Of a stretch of DNA of 64,000 nt, positions 1 through 10,639 are shown in pieces (within the stretch, counting starts at the first letter, position 1; each line of letters starts with the position of its first letter). A model generated the notes under the pieces. It was not told where the DNA came from, searched no databases, and saw only the letters and a program-made list of their open reading frames with translations. The DNA comes from Candidatus Heimdallarchaeum endolithica (lineage in GTDB: Archaea > Asgardarchaeota > Heimdallarchaeia > Heimdallarchaeales > Heimdallarchaeaceae). Made by a program: the position numbers and the translations under genes. The stretch is taken from the NCBI GenBank assembly GCA_021513715.1, contig CP084167.1:1920001-1984000 (forward strand), read 5' to 3'.

Positions 1-128
1 GAGAAAATGCATTCACAAAAACAGACGAAAAGTTGTTTTTTATCATAGCAGAACTAATAAGCTTCGCAAAAACAATAATGGATTTAAAAGAAAAAATTAA
101 AAAGAATGGAAATGAAGAAAAAGTTTAA
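1..128 (+). CDS. 3' end of a gene entering from the left (..ENAFTKTDEKLFFIIAELISFAKTIMDLKEKIKKNGNEEKV*), product unknown
   Basis: Open frame from nt 3 to TAA 126-128; not in ORF track because it lacks a start. Confidence 0.5.
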   Translation, partial: ENAFTKTDEKLFFIIAELISFAKTIMDLKEKIKKNGNEEKV

Positions 129-212
129 AAAGAAAGCAAATAAGGAAAAAGTGAATAGGCCGAGAAAAACGAAAAAACAAATTTGTTAGCTAGACGGCCT
201 AAAGAGCAATAG

Positions 213-326
213 GGGCTAGTGGCGCAGATGGTTAGCGCGTACGGCTGATAAAAAATAAACCAGAATTGGTTTAAACGCCGTTTAGAAACCGTAAGGTCGC
301 CAGTTCAAATCTGGTCTAGCCCACCA
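213..326 (+). tRNA. tRNA-Ile(GAT) with 37-nt intron (251-287) at 37/38; CCA encoded
   Basis: Acceptor GGGCTAG/CTAGCCC, D stem GCGC/GCGC, anticodon stem TACGG/CCGTA with CT-GAT-A, T loop TTCAAAT, BHB helix CTGA/TTAG with 3-nt bulges, ACCA end. Confidence 0.95.
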
Positions 327-431
327 ATATTTAACTATAAAAAATAATTTCTAACAACTTTTTTTAGCAAACTTATTGATAGAATGAGCTATTTTTTTGG
401 TTTCGTTCCTTCATTTATTCAATTCATTTGA

Positions 432-812
432 CTATTCATTTTCATTTGAATAAGGAGGGTTGAGATGTAATATTCCCTCGAGGTTGATCACGCTAACTAT
501 CACTCTTGCGCTTATAGAATCGGTTAGTCTGTAACTTTCATCATCGAAGAAAAACTTCCTTATTTGATTTTTAATTATTGTTCCAATATTTTTTAGTCCG
601 AACAAGCTTAGACGCAGTTTTTCTCCTCCTAGTTCTAGTATCCCTTCCCACGCTCTAATCATGTAATAATGCATCATTGTTTTCATTAATTCTACTTTAC
701 TCATTGTAGCTATTTTGTCTATCTCTATTTGTGCTCTTACGTCATCATATAGTATTCTAAATACTTCTTCTTCTGTTGTTAATTCTTTTGTTCTTGGGCT
801 TGGTATCGTTTT
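432..812 (-). pseudogene. Hypothetical ORF (track 432..704) whose frame stays open to 812; possibly 5'-disrupted by a (TTTTA)4 tract
   Basis: 36 extra sense codons (KTIPSPRTKELTTEEEVFRILYDDVRAQIEIDKIAT) upstream of the ATG; in-frame TAA at 813-815 lies inside the repeat. Confidence 0.35.
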
Positions 813-834
813 TTATTTTATTTTATTTTATTTA
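811..834 (+). repeat. (TTTTA)4 microsatellite
   Basis: ttttattttattttattttattta read directly. Confidence 0.8.
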
Positions 835-975
835 GAATATTGTTTTGCTTTTTTCTTTTCCTGTTCTTCTTTTTTCTATTTTTTTCATTTGTTTAAATAG
901 TCAAAACTTTTGATTATTTTATAATTACTAGTAATTAGTTAACTTCTTAATATAACGGTAATAATGTGAATGTAA

Positions 976-3423
976 ATGAGTGCTGATAAGTTTATTAATC
1001 ATCCTCTTCTTAAGCCTAACAAAGTTGAGCGCAGGCTTTATCAAGAGACTATTTTTGCTTCTTGTTCTCGTGAGAATTCTTTAGTTATTCTTCCTACTGG
1101 TTTAGGTAAGACTATTATTTTCATTTTGCTTGTTGCTCATCGTCTTCAATTATTTCCTGATGGTAAGGTTATTCTTTGTGCTCCCACTAAACCTCTTTTG
1201 GACCAGCATGAGCGCACTCTTAAGGATCTTATGAATATTCCTGCTGATTCTATTATTCAACTATCTGGTCAAATTGGTCCTGACAAACGTTCTTCTCTCT
1301 GGGATTCTGGTAAGATTTTTGTTTGTACTCCTCAAACTCTTCAGAACGATATTATTCAGAAGCGTGTTTCTTTATCTGAAGTTGTTTTTCTTGGTATTGA
1401 CGAGGCTCATAAAGCTGTTGGTGACCACAGTTATGTTTTTGTTGTTGACCAGTACATGAAACTTTCTTGTAATCCCTTGGTTTTGGGTATTACTGCTAGC
1501 CCTGGAGCTGACCTTGACAAGATTCAACAGATTAAGGACAATCTTCAGGTTTCCAACATTGAGATTCGTGATGATTCTTCTCGTGATGTTAAACCTTACA
1601 TTCATTCTATTGACGAAGTTTGGGAAAGAGTTCAATTACCTTCTGAATTTGCTTTTATTTTGAAAACTTTGAATGGTATGTTTAAATCCATTTTAATTGA
1701 GTTAAAAGAGCTTGGTATTATTACTTCTTCTAATCCTTCTGATTTTCCTCGTCGAAAATTGTTAGGCTTAAAGGAGATCATCAATCAGAAGTATAGCACT
1801 CAGGTTGACAGTTCTTCTCGTTCTGAATACTTTAAGGCTATGGGGCTAGCTGGTAATTCTATCCGTTTATCTCACGCTATAGAATTAATTGAGACTCAAG
1901 GTGTTCCTTCTTTATCTAAGTATTTTGAGTCTCAGATTAATGATCTTCGTATGGGTAAAGGTAGTCAAACTCTTCGTAATTTAATTTTTTCTGATGAGAT
2001 TCAACGAGTTTTAGAATCTTTACATAAGCTTGAAGAAGATAATATTATTCATCCTAAGCTTTCAAAGTTAAAGGATTTAGTTGAATCTGAGGTTCGTTCT
2101 AATCCTGATAATAGGATTCTTATTTTTGCTCATTATCGCATTACTGCTAAGGTTATTGCCAAAGAATTAGAAAAGATTGATGGAGTTAGAGTTCATTGGT
2201 TTGTTGGTCAATCTTCTGTCCGTGACAAGGGTCTATCTCAGAAGGAACAGATTGAGATTATGCAAGCTTTTCGTCGTGGAGAGTATAATGTTCTTGTTTC
2301 TACTAGTGTTGCCGAGGAGGGTCTTGACATTGGCGAATGTGAGCTCGTTATCTTTTATGACTCTGTGCCTAGTGCTATTAGATTGATACAAAGAAAGGGA
2401 CGAACTGGTAGAAGGAAAAAAGGAAAAGTTATTCTGCTTATTGCTGAAGGAACAAGGGATGAGGGTTATTTTTGGGCTTCAAAACGTCAGCTTAAAAAGA
2501 TGAAGGGTATTGTTAGTGAATTACAGAACAACAAACAATCTGAAAAACAAAAAGATTTAACTGAATTTTTTGATGATTCAGTTAGCACTACTGAACCTAC
2601 TTCCTCTTCAGAGTCAAAAACCCATAAGGGTTTGAGTAAAGAAGTTAAAAGTTCTAAACCTGAATCTGTGGTAGATATTCCTAAAGGTGAGCAAGTTTCA
2701 ATTATCATCGATTCTCGAGAAAAGAATTCAACTATTGTTAAACATTTAATTAATAAAGGTGTTAATATTTCCTTCTCCAAACTTGATTTTGGGGATTATG
2801 TTTGTTCTGACCGAGTAATAATTGAAAGGAAGGAAAAATCTGATTTTATTAATTCTATTATGGACAAGAGATTATTCAGTCAAGTTAAACAACTTGTTGA
2901 GGTTTGTTCTAACCCTATTATTATTCTAGAAGGAGATTTTAGCATTTTTAAGACTTCTCTTCATCCTCATGCCACCGCAGGAGCTATAGCCTCAATTATC
3001 ACTGATTTCAAGGTTCCCATCATTTATTCTACTAACCAAGAAGAGACAGCAGAGATTCTTCATGCTATTGCTAAGAGAGAACAAATAGAAATGAAAAGGT
3101 CAATTTCGATTAGCATGAAGAAAGGTATTGGTTTGAAACATCAATTAGAACAAACTTTAACCACATTTCCTAACATCGACTATAAAATAGCAAAAAGGAT
3201 CTTAAAGAAGTTTGGAAGTTTGAAACAAGTTGTTAATGCTAAAAGAGAAGAATTTATTGAGGTTCAAGGTATTGGAGAAAAGATTACCGATGAGTTAATT
3301 GAATATATTTATAGCGATTATAATGAAATAGAAACGGGAGAGGACATTGGAGAAACTATTGAAAACATTGAGTGGTTGAAAAAAGAACTTGAGAAGAAAA
3401 AAAAGAATAAAGATGGCAAATAG
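976..3423 (+). CDS. hef: Hef/FANCM-like DEAH helicase fused to ERCC4(XPF) nuclease and HhH domains
   Basis: PTGLGKT, DEAH, TAS, QRKGRTGR helicase motifs; DSRE, GDY, ERKxxxD nuclease motifs; C-terminal GIG HhH. Confidence 0.95.
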   Translation: MSADKFINHPLLKPNKVERRLYQETIFASCSRENSLVILPTGLGKTIIFILLVAHRLQLFPDGKVILCAPTKPLLDQHERTLKDLMNIPADSIIQLSGQIGPDKRSSLWDSGKIFVCTPQTLQNDIIQKRVSLSEVVFLGIDEAHKAVGDHSYVFVVDQYMKLSCNPLVLGITASPGADLDKIQQIKDNLQVSNIEIRDDSSRDVKPYIHSIDEVWERVQLPSEFAFILKTLNGMFKSILIELKELGIITSSNPSDFPRRKLLGLKEIINQKYSTQVDSSSRSEYFKAMGLAGNSIRLSHAIELIETQGVPSLSKYFESQINDLRMGKGSQTLRNLIFSDEIQRVLESLHKLEEDNIIHPKLSKLKDLVESEVRSNPDNRILIFAHYRITAKVIAKELEKIDGVRVHWFVGQSSVRDKGLSQKEQIEIMQAFRRGEYNVLVSTSVAEEGLDIGECELVIFYDSVPSAIRLIQRKGRTGRRKKGKVILLIAEGTRDEGYFWASKRQLKKMKGIVSELQNNKQSEKQKDLTEFFDDSVSTTEPTSSSESKTHKGLSKEVKSSKPESVVDIPKGEQVSIIIDSREKNSTIVKHLINKGVNISFSKLDFGDYVCSDRVIIERKEKSDFINSIMDKRLFSQVKQLVEVCSNPIIILEGDFSIFKTSLHPHATAGAIASIITDFKVPIIYSTNQEETAEILHAIAKREQIEMKRSISISMKKGIGLKHQLEQTLTTFPNIDYKIAKRILKKFGSLKQVVNAKREEFIEVQGIGEKITDELIEYIYSDYNEIETGEDIGETIENIEWLKKELEKKKKNKDGK

Positions 3424-3447
3424 TTTATTTTAGCTTTCAACACATTA

Positions 3448-4131
3448 TCATTCTACAATTGTCCCTACTTGCTCATTATTTAGTACTTTGAGGATATTTT
3501 CAGGGTTTCTTCCATTCACAAATGCTATTTTTTTCTTTGAACGTTTTAATATTTCGCAGCCTACTTTGTCAAAAAGGGCATAGTTTCCTGGTTCTTCTTC
3601 CTGCTTTATAATTATTGAATAGAATTCATCCATTGTGAGTTTATCAAATGCTTTCGCGTCTGAATATTTATCTGGATCTTTGTCATATACTTTTTCCACA
3701 TCACTTAAATTTATTACAATATCTGCTTCCCACAGTTCTGCTAATAAAGCTGATACCGCATTTGTTGATTGTCCAGGTTGTAAACCCCCCGAAACAACTA
3801 TTTTATTTGTCGACAACGCCTTTAATGCCTCATCAAATGATCTTGGGACTGCTCCATATGCATGATTTTTTAGTGCCGATATAAATAGCAGTGCATGCAT
3901 TCGCGAAGCTTCTACTCCCAGTAAATCTTGATAGGTGAAATTTCCTCCTATTATTCTGCTTACTTTAATTATTTTTCTTGCTAGTTTACCTCCTCCAACA
4001 ACTATCAATATTTGATAAGCTTTATCTATTAATCTGTTAATAACTTCAAGATAATTCTCTATCAGTTCAGTATTCAATTCACCATCGGGATTATAAAGTA
4101 AAGACCCACCTATTTTCAAAACTACTTTCAT
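3448..4131 (-). CDS. pyrH: UMP kinase
   Basis: KIGGS, VVGGGKLAR, GGLQPGQSTNAV, VYDKDP motifs. Confidence 0.93.
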   Translation of the reverse strand: MKVVLKIGGSLLYNPDGELNTELIENYLEVINRLIDKAYQILIVVGGGKLARKIIKVSRIIGGNFTYQDLLGVEASRMHALLFISALKNHAYGAVPRSFDEALKALSTNKIVVSGGLQPGQSTNAVSALLAELWEADIVINLSDVEKVYDKDPDKYSDAKAFDKLTMDEFYSIIIKQEEEPGNYALFDKVGCEILKRSKKKIAFVNGRNPENILKVLNNEQVGTIVE

Positions 4132-4249
4132 TTTTTCTTCAATTTAGCTAATATGGCTCTCTAAATAAGTTTTTGCTAATGAAACTATAAAGAATAACAA
4201 AAAGTAAATCTTATATTAAGTTATCATTCAATCGCTTGAGGAAAGAAAT

Positions 4250-5563
4250 ATGGATTTTAAAGATCGTACACAAATAGCAAATATTTTTACTAGTGATCCT
4301 GGGACTGTAACTATCGCAGGTTGGGTTCAACAAGTTAGAAATTTAGGGGGATTAAAATTTATTCAATTACAAGATCGCTCTGGTCTTGTTCAGATCGTTC
4401 TCCCAAAAAAGAAAGTTTCACCAGAAATTTTTACTATAGACTACCAAGAAGGAGATATCCTTTTAGTTCAAGGTAAAGTTGTCTCAAACAATTCTGCTCC
4501 CAAAGGAAAAGAAATCCTTCCCTCAACCATTAACGTTGTAAACAAACGACAACAAGAGTATCCTATTGCTATTGACGACAAAATCAATACCAATATTGAT
4601 AAAAGATTAGATTATAGGTATTTAGACTTAAGAAATAGAAGCGTATCTCAAATATTTGAAGTTGAGAGTGCTGTAGCTTATGCATTCCAAGAATTTTTTT
4701 ATAAAAAAAATTTCCTTCAGTTTTTCTCAAGTAAAATCGTAGGTTCTGCAACAGAAAGTGGAGCTAACGTATTTGAGATAGGCTATTTTGGAAGAAAAGC
4801 TTATCTAGCTCAATCACCACAATTTTATAAACAGATGATGCTTATTTCTGGCTTTGAGAAGGTTTTCGAAATCGGCCCCGTTTTCCGTGCAGAAAAACAT
4901 CATACCTCTCGTCACTTGTGTGAATATACTTCAATTGACTTTGAAATTGCATATATTAATGATCAAAGAGATGTAATGAAAGTTTTACAGGAAGCCATTA
5001 TGTATACTTTAGATAAAGTTAGAAAAGAAAAAGCTGATTCTTTAGAAGAATTGGGTGTTGTTATAGATATGCAACCAAAGCAGTGGCCAATACTTTCTCA
5101 CCAAGAAATTCATGAAATATTAGAAAATGAAGGAAAAGAACTAGGAGAATATGAAGATTTGGACGCCGAAGCAGAAAAGATTCTAGGAGAATATGTAAAA
5201 GAGAAATATAAGTCAGATTTTGTTTTTGCTGATGAGTATCCATGGGAAGTTAGGCCCTTCTACACAATGAAGAAAGAAGATAATAATAATCTAACAAAAT
5301 CATTTGATTTACTCTATAAAGGTCAGGAACTAACTACTGGAGGACAAAGAGAGCATAGAGCAGACATTTTAGAAAAACAAGCAGAAGAAAAAGGATTCAA
5401 GAAAGAAGAGGTTGCAAGTTATATACAATTCTTCAGAAATGGAGCACCACCGCATGGAGGATCAGGAACAGGAATTGAGCGCTTTGTTCAAAAATTACTT
5501 AATTTACCAAATATCCGAGAAGCAAGATTACTTCCCAGAGATCCAACAAGGGTTCATCCTTAA
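4250..5563 (+). CDS. aspS: Archaeal-type aspartyl-tRNA synthetase, probably non-discriminating
   Basis: OB fold, LAQSPQFYKQ, FRAE..TSRHL, GGQRE, PPHGG.G.G.ER; Pro in anticodon-binding loop (SAPKG). Confidence 0.93.
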   Translation: MDFKDRTQIANIFTSDPGTVTIAGWVQQVRNLGGLKFIQLQDRSGLVQIVLPKKKVSPEIFTIDYQEGDILLVQGKVVSNNSAPKGKEILPSTINVVNKRQQEYPIAIDDKINTNIDKRLDYRYLDLRNRSVSQIFEVESAVAYAFQEFFYKKNFLQFFSSKIVGSATESGANVFEIGYFGRKAYLAQSPQFYKQMMLISGFEKVFEIGPVFRAEKHHTSRHLCEYTSIDFEIAYINDQRDVMKVLQEAIMYTLDKVRKEKADSLEELGVVIDMQPKQWPILSHQEIHEILENEGKELGEYEDLDAEAEKILGEYVKEKYKSDFVFADEYPWEVRPFYTMKKEDNNNLTKSFDLLYKGQELTTGGQREHRADILEKQAEEKGFKKEEVASYIQFFRNGAPPHGGSGTGIERFVQKLLNLPNIREARLLPRDPTRVHP

Positions 5564-5587
5564 TTTTCTTGTATTTTAATAACAAAA

Positions 5588-6958
5588 TTATTGGAAACTT
5601 TCTATTGTTTCCTTTATAGTTTTTTTACCTTCTTTCAACAGTTTTTCGGCTTCATCCATTGTATTCGCTTCAACAAAGATTCTAAAGATAGGTTCTGTTC
5701 CAGAAGGGCGGATCAACACCCATCCATTATCATAAATTGCCTTTAGTCCATCAATGGTGATTAATTCTGTGTAACCTTTAACCCTTGAACTAATAGCATC
5801 TAACACTTTACTTTTTAGATTATTGGGGCATTGTACTTTATCCTTTAATTGAGCATATTGAGGAAGTTCATTCATTAATTCGCTAAATGTAGAAGAAGAA
5901 GTTGATAAAATATTTGCCATTAGAGCACCTGCCATTGCTCCATCTCTTACTGGAACGTGAGGAGAATAAAAAAGTCCACCATTTTCTTCTCCACCTAGGA
6001 TTGCATTAAGCTTTTGCATCGTTCTTGAAACATAAATACAACCCACTTTTGTCCATTCAACTTTCCCTCCTATTTCTTCTGCAATATCTGTTACCACAGA
6101 AGATGAACTAACAGGGGTCACGAAAAGTTTGTTTTGTTCATCTTGCAAAATCATTTTTTCAAAAATTGCTATAGATCTATCGCCCCAATAAACAACACCT
6201 CGTTCATCACCAAATATTGCGCGATCAGCATCTCCATCATGAGCAATAGAGAAATCAGCATTAACACTTTTTGCGGTTCTTGCCATTTCAGTAAGCAAAT
6301 GAGGTAAAGGTTCAGAACCTCTTCCGGGAAAATATCCATCAAGAGTAGTGTTTATTGAAAAAACTTTCACCCCTAATTTTTTAAATAAATAGGGCGTTAT
6401 CAAACTTCCTACACCATTTCCACCGTCTACAACAACTTTCATCTTTTTCTTTGATATTTTATCAATATCAACAAAACTAATTATTTGATCTATATATTCG
6501 TCTATCATATTAATTTTAGTAACATTACCCAACTTTGTCCAGTCACTAAAATAAAAATCGCCCTCTTCCAGTTCTTTTTCTACTTTTATTTGATCTTCAA
6601 CACTTATTTCAATTCCATCATCAGAAATAACTTTTAACCCATTAAATTGGGGAGGATTGTGACTTGCAGTAATCATTATACCAAGTCTAGCTTTTAATTT
6701 TCTTACAGCAAACTGTGTTAATGGAGTAGGGACTAACCCAATATCAATTACATCAATTCCACTAGACAATAGAGTTGAAATAACTGCATATTTGATAAAT
6801 GGGCTACTAGTTCTTGCATCAGAACCTACAACTACAACCCCCTTATTCTCAATAAAAGACGAGATTGCAGAAGTAAGTTTATTTACAAAAAAATTTGTGA
6901 TGAGTTCACCTACTACCCCTCGAACTCCATTGGTACCAAAATATTTACGCTCCGTCAT
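5588..6958 (-). CDS. glmM: Phosphoglucosamine mutase / PMM-PGM family
   Basis: FGTNGVRG, TASHNP, DGDADR, GEENGG, IRPSGTEP. Confidence 0.88.
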   Translation of the reverse strand: MTERKYFGTNGVRGVVGELITNFFVNKLTSAISSFIENKGVVVVGSDARTSSPFIKYAVISTLLSSGIDVIDIGLVPTPLTQFAVRKLKARLGIMITASHNPPQFNGLKVISDDGIEISVEDQIKVEKELEEGDFYFSDWTKLGNVTKINMIDEYIDQIISFVDIDKISKKKMKVVVDGGNGVGSLITPYLFKKLGVKVFSINTTLDGYFPGRGSEPLPHLLTEMARTAKSVNADFSIAHDGDADRAIFGDERGVVYWGDRSIAIFEKMILQDEQNKLFVTPVSSSSVVTDIAEEIGGKVEWTKVGCIYVSRTMQKLNAILGGEENGGLFYSPHVPVRDGAMAGALMANILSTSSSTFSELMNELPQYAQLKDKVQCPNNLKSKVLDAISSRVKGYTELITIDGLKAIYDNGWVLIRPSGTEPIFRIFVEANTMDEAEKLLKEGKKTIKETIESFQ

Positions 6959-7084
6959 TTCTAATCTTAAGACTAATTGCCTTTTATGTGTTTTTCTATA
7001 ATTAAATCAATTTAAAACTTCAAAACAAATATTTTTTTAATAGAATAGATTTTACCATATAACAAGAGAAGAAGAAACATTTAA

Positions 7085-7161
7085 GGCTGGATGGCCTAGT
7101 TTGGTAAGGCTCCAGGTTCGGGACTTGGAAATCGAGTGTTCAAATCACTCTCCAGCCACCA
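7085..7161 (+). tRNA. tRNA-Pro(CGG), CCA encoded
   Basis: Acceptor GGCTGGA/TCCAGCC, D stem GCCT/AGGC, anticodon stem CCAGG/CTTGG with loop TTCGGGA, T arm GAGTG-TTCAAAT-CACTC. Confidence 0.95.
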
Positions 7162-7347
7162 CCTAAATTTGATTAAAGATTAAAATCATATTTCTTTTTT
7201 GTTTTCACTGAAACTGAAAGCTGAAATTAATATGTGAAAATATGTTTACATAAGGAAGATTAAATAATGATGAGTGACATTATTATTAGAGAATAAAAAA
7301 ACAGTCGTCTTAGCACAACTAAGAAAATGTTTAGGGGATTCTATTAA

Positions 7348-7935
7348 ATGAGTGAAAGTAGTGATGACTTTGAGCAAGAGAAACAAGCTTCTAATATTAA
7401 CATTACAGAACGTCAACGCCAAACTTTGATTGAAGTCGTTGAAGATATTTGTGGAGATGAGGTTAAACAGGTTACACTTGTTTTGCTTAATAGTGATGAG
7501 GAAATTACTGATGAAGAAATTTCAGAGAAATTAGATATGCGTCTAAATCTTGTTCGCAAATCCTTGTACAAACTGTATGATCTTCAGCTAGCTAGTTTTA
7601 GGAGGATTAGAGATAAAAATACTGGCTGGTTTGTTTATTTCTGGACTCTTCATCCTGAAAGAATCGATATTTTTGTTCAGAAAAAACAGCAAGAAGTTTT
7701 GGAAAAACTCCAATCTCGCTTAGAATATGAAGAATCTAATATGTTTTTTAAATGTAACACTGCAGAATGTCCTCGTTTCACTTTCCAAGAAGCAATGGAT
7801 GCTAATTTCATTTGCCCTAAATGTGGGGGAAGGTTAGAAGCATTCGATAACGATCAAATTAAAAAAGTGCTGAAAAACAAAATCGATGAACTAAAAAGAA
7901 TTCAAAAAAAGACTGAAAAAATAGTTGGTTCATAA
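7348..7935 (+). CDS. tfe: Transcription factor E alpha
   Basis: ITDEEIS..VRKSLYKLY..RIRDKNTGWFVYFW winged helix plus Zn ribbon (C..C, CPKCG). Confidence 0.93.
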   Translation: MSESSDDFEQEKQASNINITERQRQTLIEVVEDICGDEVKQVTLVLLNSDEEITDEEISEKLDMRLNLVRKSLYKLYDLQLASFRRIRDKNTGWFVYFWTLHPERIDIFVQKKQQEVLEKLQSRLEYEESNMFFKCNTAECPRFTFQEAMDANFICPKCGGRLEAFDNDQIKKVLKNKIDELKRIQKKTEKIVGS

Positions 7936-7972
7936 GTTATTATTATTGATTCTTTTTTATTAAGCAGTCCTA

Positions 7973-8638
7973 TTAGTTACTAATTTTGTGTTTTTTTGCT
8001 TCAAGAATATCTTTAACTCTTTTTAATCTTGAAAATGTTTCTCTTTCTTGTTCCTCTAGAGAGCTTGCAATAAATACTGCAATTGCTTTTAATTTTGGAA
8101 TTAATATGTAATTTAGAGCATTTACTCTTCTTTTTGTTTTATTAATTTCTGAAGCTATTTTTTCTAATAATGTCATTTTTTCTGCGATAACCATTAATGT
8201 TTTCAAAGACTTTCTAAAATATGTTATTGCGAGATCCAATTGCGCACTTGAATTGGCTAATCCGTAGAAAACCTTCTCTTCTTCTGTTTCTTTGACTTCA
8301 GTTACAATAAACCTTGGTGCTTTTACTCCCATTATACTTGTTGTTAGAGTCTGAAGTTGCAGAATTTCAGGTGCATATTGTGCAAAATCTCTAATTTTAT
8401 CTGGTCCGATCATCATTTCAGCTTTGGCTAAGGCTTTATATGCTTGAAGGAGCTCTTCTTCAATTTGCTTTTTTGCAGCTCTAACTTCATCTTTAATTGC
8501 ATAGAGCTCTAAGACTAAAGCATCCATTTTCTCTTTTAGTAAATCATGACCTTTTTGTGCAAGTTTAATTTTTGCTCTGATATTTAGCAGTTCCATACGT
8601 GTTGTTTTCACAGTACCAAATTCAATATTGGCGCTCAT
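7973..8638 (-). CDS. atpD: A/V-type ATP synthase subunit D
   Basis: TRMELL, KGHDLLKEKMDAL, KTKRRVNALNYILIP, EEQERETFSRLK. Confidence 0.93.
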   Translation of the reverse strand: MSANIEFGTVKTTRMELLNIRAKIKLAQKGHDLLKEKMDALVLELYAIKDEVRAAKKQIEEELLQAYKALAKAEMMIGPDKIRDFAQYAPEILQLQTLTTSIMGVKAPRFIVTEVKETEEEKVFYGLANSSAQLDLAITYFRKSLKTLMVIAEKMTLLEKIASEINKTKRRVNALNYILIPKLKAIAVFIASSLEEQERETFSRLKRVKDILEAKKHKISN

Positions 8639-8915
8639 CTTGAACGTATAAATTTATATTCATTAAAACTTTGTGTTAAATCTCATCACCTATTGTTTTG
8701 AAAAATTGTTAAAATATAATATAATATAGCCTATTAGTACAGAAAATAACAGAAACTAACTAAATTATTTTTCATAACTTGTCCATTTTCAGGTTAACTT
8801 ATAGAATAAATAATCATGTTCTGTATTTGACAAAAAATTATTTTCAACAAAAACGAAAGGTATTTTATTTATCCTTTTTTTATAGGGAATAAGGAAAAAA
8901 TTTGAGGATATAACA

Positions 8916-9518
8916 ATGCTAGAAATATTTGACCGAGAAAAAAACAAAGAGACATTGGTTTTCCCAGGAACAAGGCTTGGTGTAATTGAAGAATTCTATG
9001 CTGGCCCTGGAACTTATATTGATGATGGTTACATTTATGCAGCTATCCCTGGAAAAGTTGTAATTGACAAATTAAATTATGAAGTATCAATAATGCAATC
9101 GAAAAATAAAAAACTAGTTCAACCTGTTGTTGGGTCTATTTGTTTGGGTACTGTTGTTAGTGTATCGAAGCAAATGATCAATATAGCAATCTATTATGTA
9201 AATAATGTTGAGGTTTACCCCACCTATTCTTGTTTATTACATGTTTCTCAAGCCTCAAGAGCTTATCTTGAAACAGCAGATGAAGCTGTTGCTTTAGGAG
9301 ATGTTGTAAGGGTTAAAATAATTGATGCCAAAACAATTCCTATTCAATGCACAATGGCCGATAGTCACTTAGGAGTAGTAATCAGTTACTGTTCTCGTTG
9401 CGGAAATAGATTGGAAAAAATAGGTAGAAATAAATTAAGATGCAATGAATGTGGAAATATTGAGAATAGAAAAACTGCAATCGATTATGGTCACAGTGCT
9501 TTGCAATTTAAACTATAG
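8916..9518 (+). CDS. csl4: Exosome RNA-binding subunit Csl4
   Basis: VFPG.RLGVIEEF..GPGTY, S1 domain, LGVV..CSRCG..CNECGNIENRK Zn ribbon. Confidence 0.92.
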   Translation: MLEIFDREKNKETLVFPGTRLGVIEEFYAGPGTYIDDGYIYAAIPGKVVIDKLNYEVSIMQSKNKKLVQPVVGSICLGTVVSVSKQMINIAIYYVNNVEVYPTYSCLLHVSQASRAYLETADEAVALGDVVRVKIIDAKTIPIQCTMADSHLGVVISYCSRCGNRLEKIGRNKLRCNECGNIENRKTAIDYGHSALQFKL

Positions 9519-9532
9519 GTTCATAGTTCAAG

Positions 9533-10264
9533 GTGGTTTTATTGGCAAAAACTACAATGAAAGAGCTTTCTATTAGCTTTACAGAGAAAGACAAGCTAAC
9601 ACAATTTATAGACTTACTTTCTGATGCACCTAGTGGAGTTGATCTTGTTCTTCAATACAAATTGGGTAGCATAAAAATCCGTTTGTTTGGTGAAAAAGAC
9701 GATGTCTCTGAATCTATTTCTAAGATAAAATTATTTAGCAAAATGTATCTTGAGTCAATAAGAAAAAACGAGAAAGGTTTCTACGTTCATCATCTTCCTC
9801 TCATTCAACGTACTACCAAGAAAATAATAGCCTTAGATACACTATCAACCATTCTAAACTATGCAGGATATGAAACACAATTAGTAGAAAAAAAACTCAT
9901 ATCTACAGCAAAAATGGAAGATGTTCTTGAAGTTCTTAACAAATCTTTTGATATTTTACCTGAATTAGAAAAAATTAAAGGTAAACCATTAAGAAAAGTG
10001 CTATTAACTGTCAGTTTTATCACTAACCGAAGTGTTGATTTTATCATCGACTATAGCTTAAAAAAAGGATTCTTCAGGGAATACAAGGATAAAATTTTAG
10101 TTACACAAGATATCGAACGTTGTATTTCTGGGTTAATCCAACACATCCCTCGTGATAAAACTGAAAAGAGCCCTAACATTCTTGTTAAAGCAAAAGATAA
10201 TGAGTGGACAACAATAGGCGATCGTCTAGGAACTATTTCTTTTGACACAGATAATAACGATTAA
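9533..10264 (+). CDS. Conserved archaeal hypothetical protein (DUF2067-like)
   Basis: Position between csl4 and rpoL; IKIRLFG..D motif; family call from context. Confidence 0.5.
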   Translation: MVLLAKTTMKELSISFTEKDKLTQFIDLLSDAPSGVDLVLQYKLGSIKIRLFGEKDDVSESISKIKLFSKMYLESIRKNEKGFYVHHLPLIQRTTKKIIALDTLSTILNYAGYETQLVEKKLISTAKMEDVLEVLNKSFDILPELEKIKGKPLRKVLLTVSFITNRSVDFIIDYSLKKGFFREYKDKILVTQDIERCISGLIQHIPRDKTEKSPNILVKAKDNEWTTIGDRLGTISFDTDNND

Positions 10265-10342
10265 AATTCTTATCTTTCAAATAATAAATTGAGTTCAAAA
10301 ACAAACAGTTTAAAAAAAAAGTGTTAATATGGATTTGAGGTT

Positions 10343-10633
10343 GTGTTAATGGAAATAAAAATTCTAAAAAAAGAAGATGGATATGTAAAACTAAACATCA
10401 GAGGAACTGACCCTCACACCCTATTTAATTTACTCAGAGTTCAATTATTAAGTGATCCTGAAGTAGACTTTGCAGGTTATTGGAGAAACGAATCGTTTTA
10501 TGAAAGCATCATTTTCCAAGTAAGATTAAAAGATGAATCAAAAGACCCAATTGAAGTAATCAAACTAGCATTAGAAAACATACGAAAACAAACAGAGGAA
10601 TTTATTAAGGTAAGCAAGGAAAAACTTAGTTAG
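10343..10633 (+). CDS. rpoL: RNA polymerase subunit L (Rpo11)
   Basis: HTLFNLLR..L..DPEVDFAGY motif, size, csl4 context. Confidence 0.88.
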   Translation: MLMEIKILKKEDGYVKLNIRGTDPHTLFNLLRVQLLSDPEVDFAGYWRNESFYESIIFQVRLKDESKDPIEVIKLALENIRKQTEEFIKVSKEKLS

Positions 10634-10639
10634 TTTTGG

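Noticed and set aside
715-900. 61-aa Phe-rich + strand ORF
   Set aside because: Translation of a T-rich tract, antisense to a better-looking frame.
7200-7347. ATGATGA C-box-like motif, CTGAAA triplet and small hairpin upstream of tfe
   Set aside because: No downstream D box at suitable spacing; too short to distinguish from chance.
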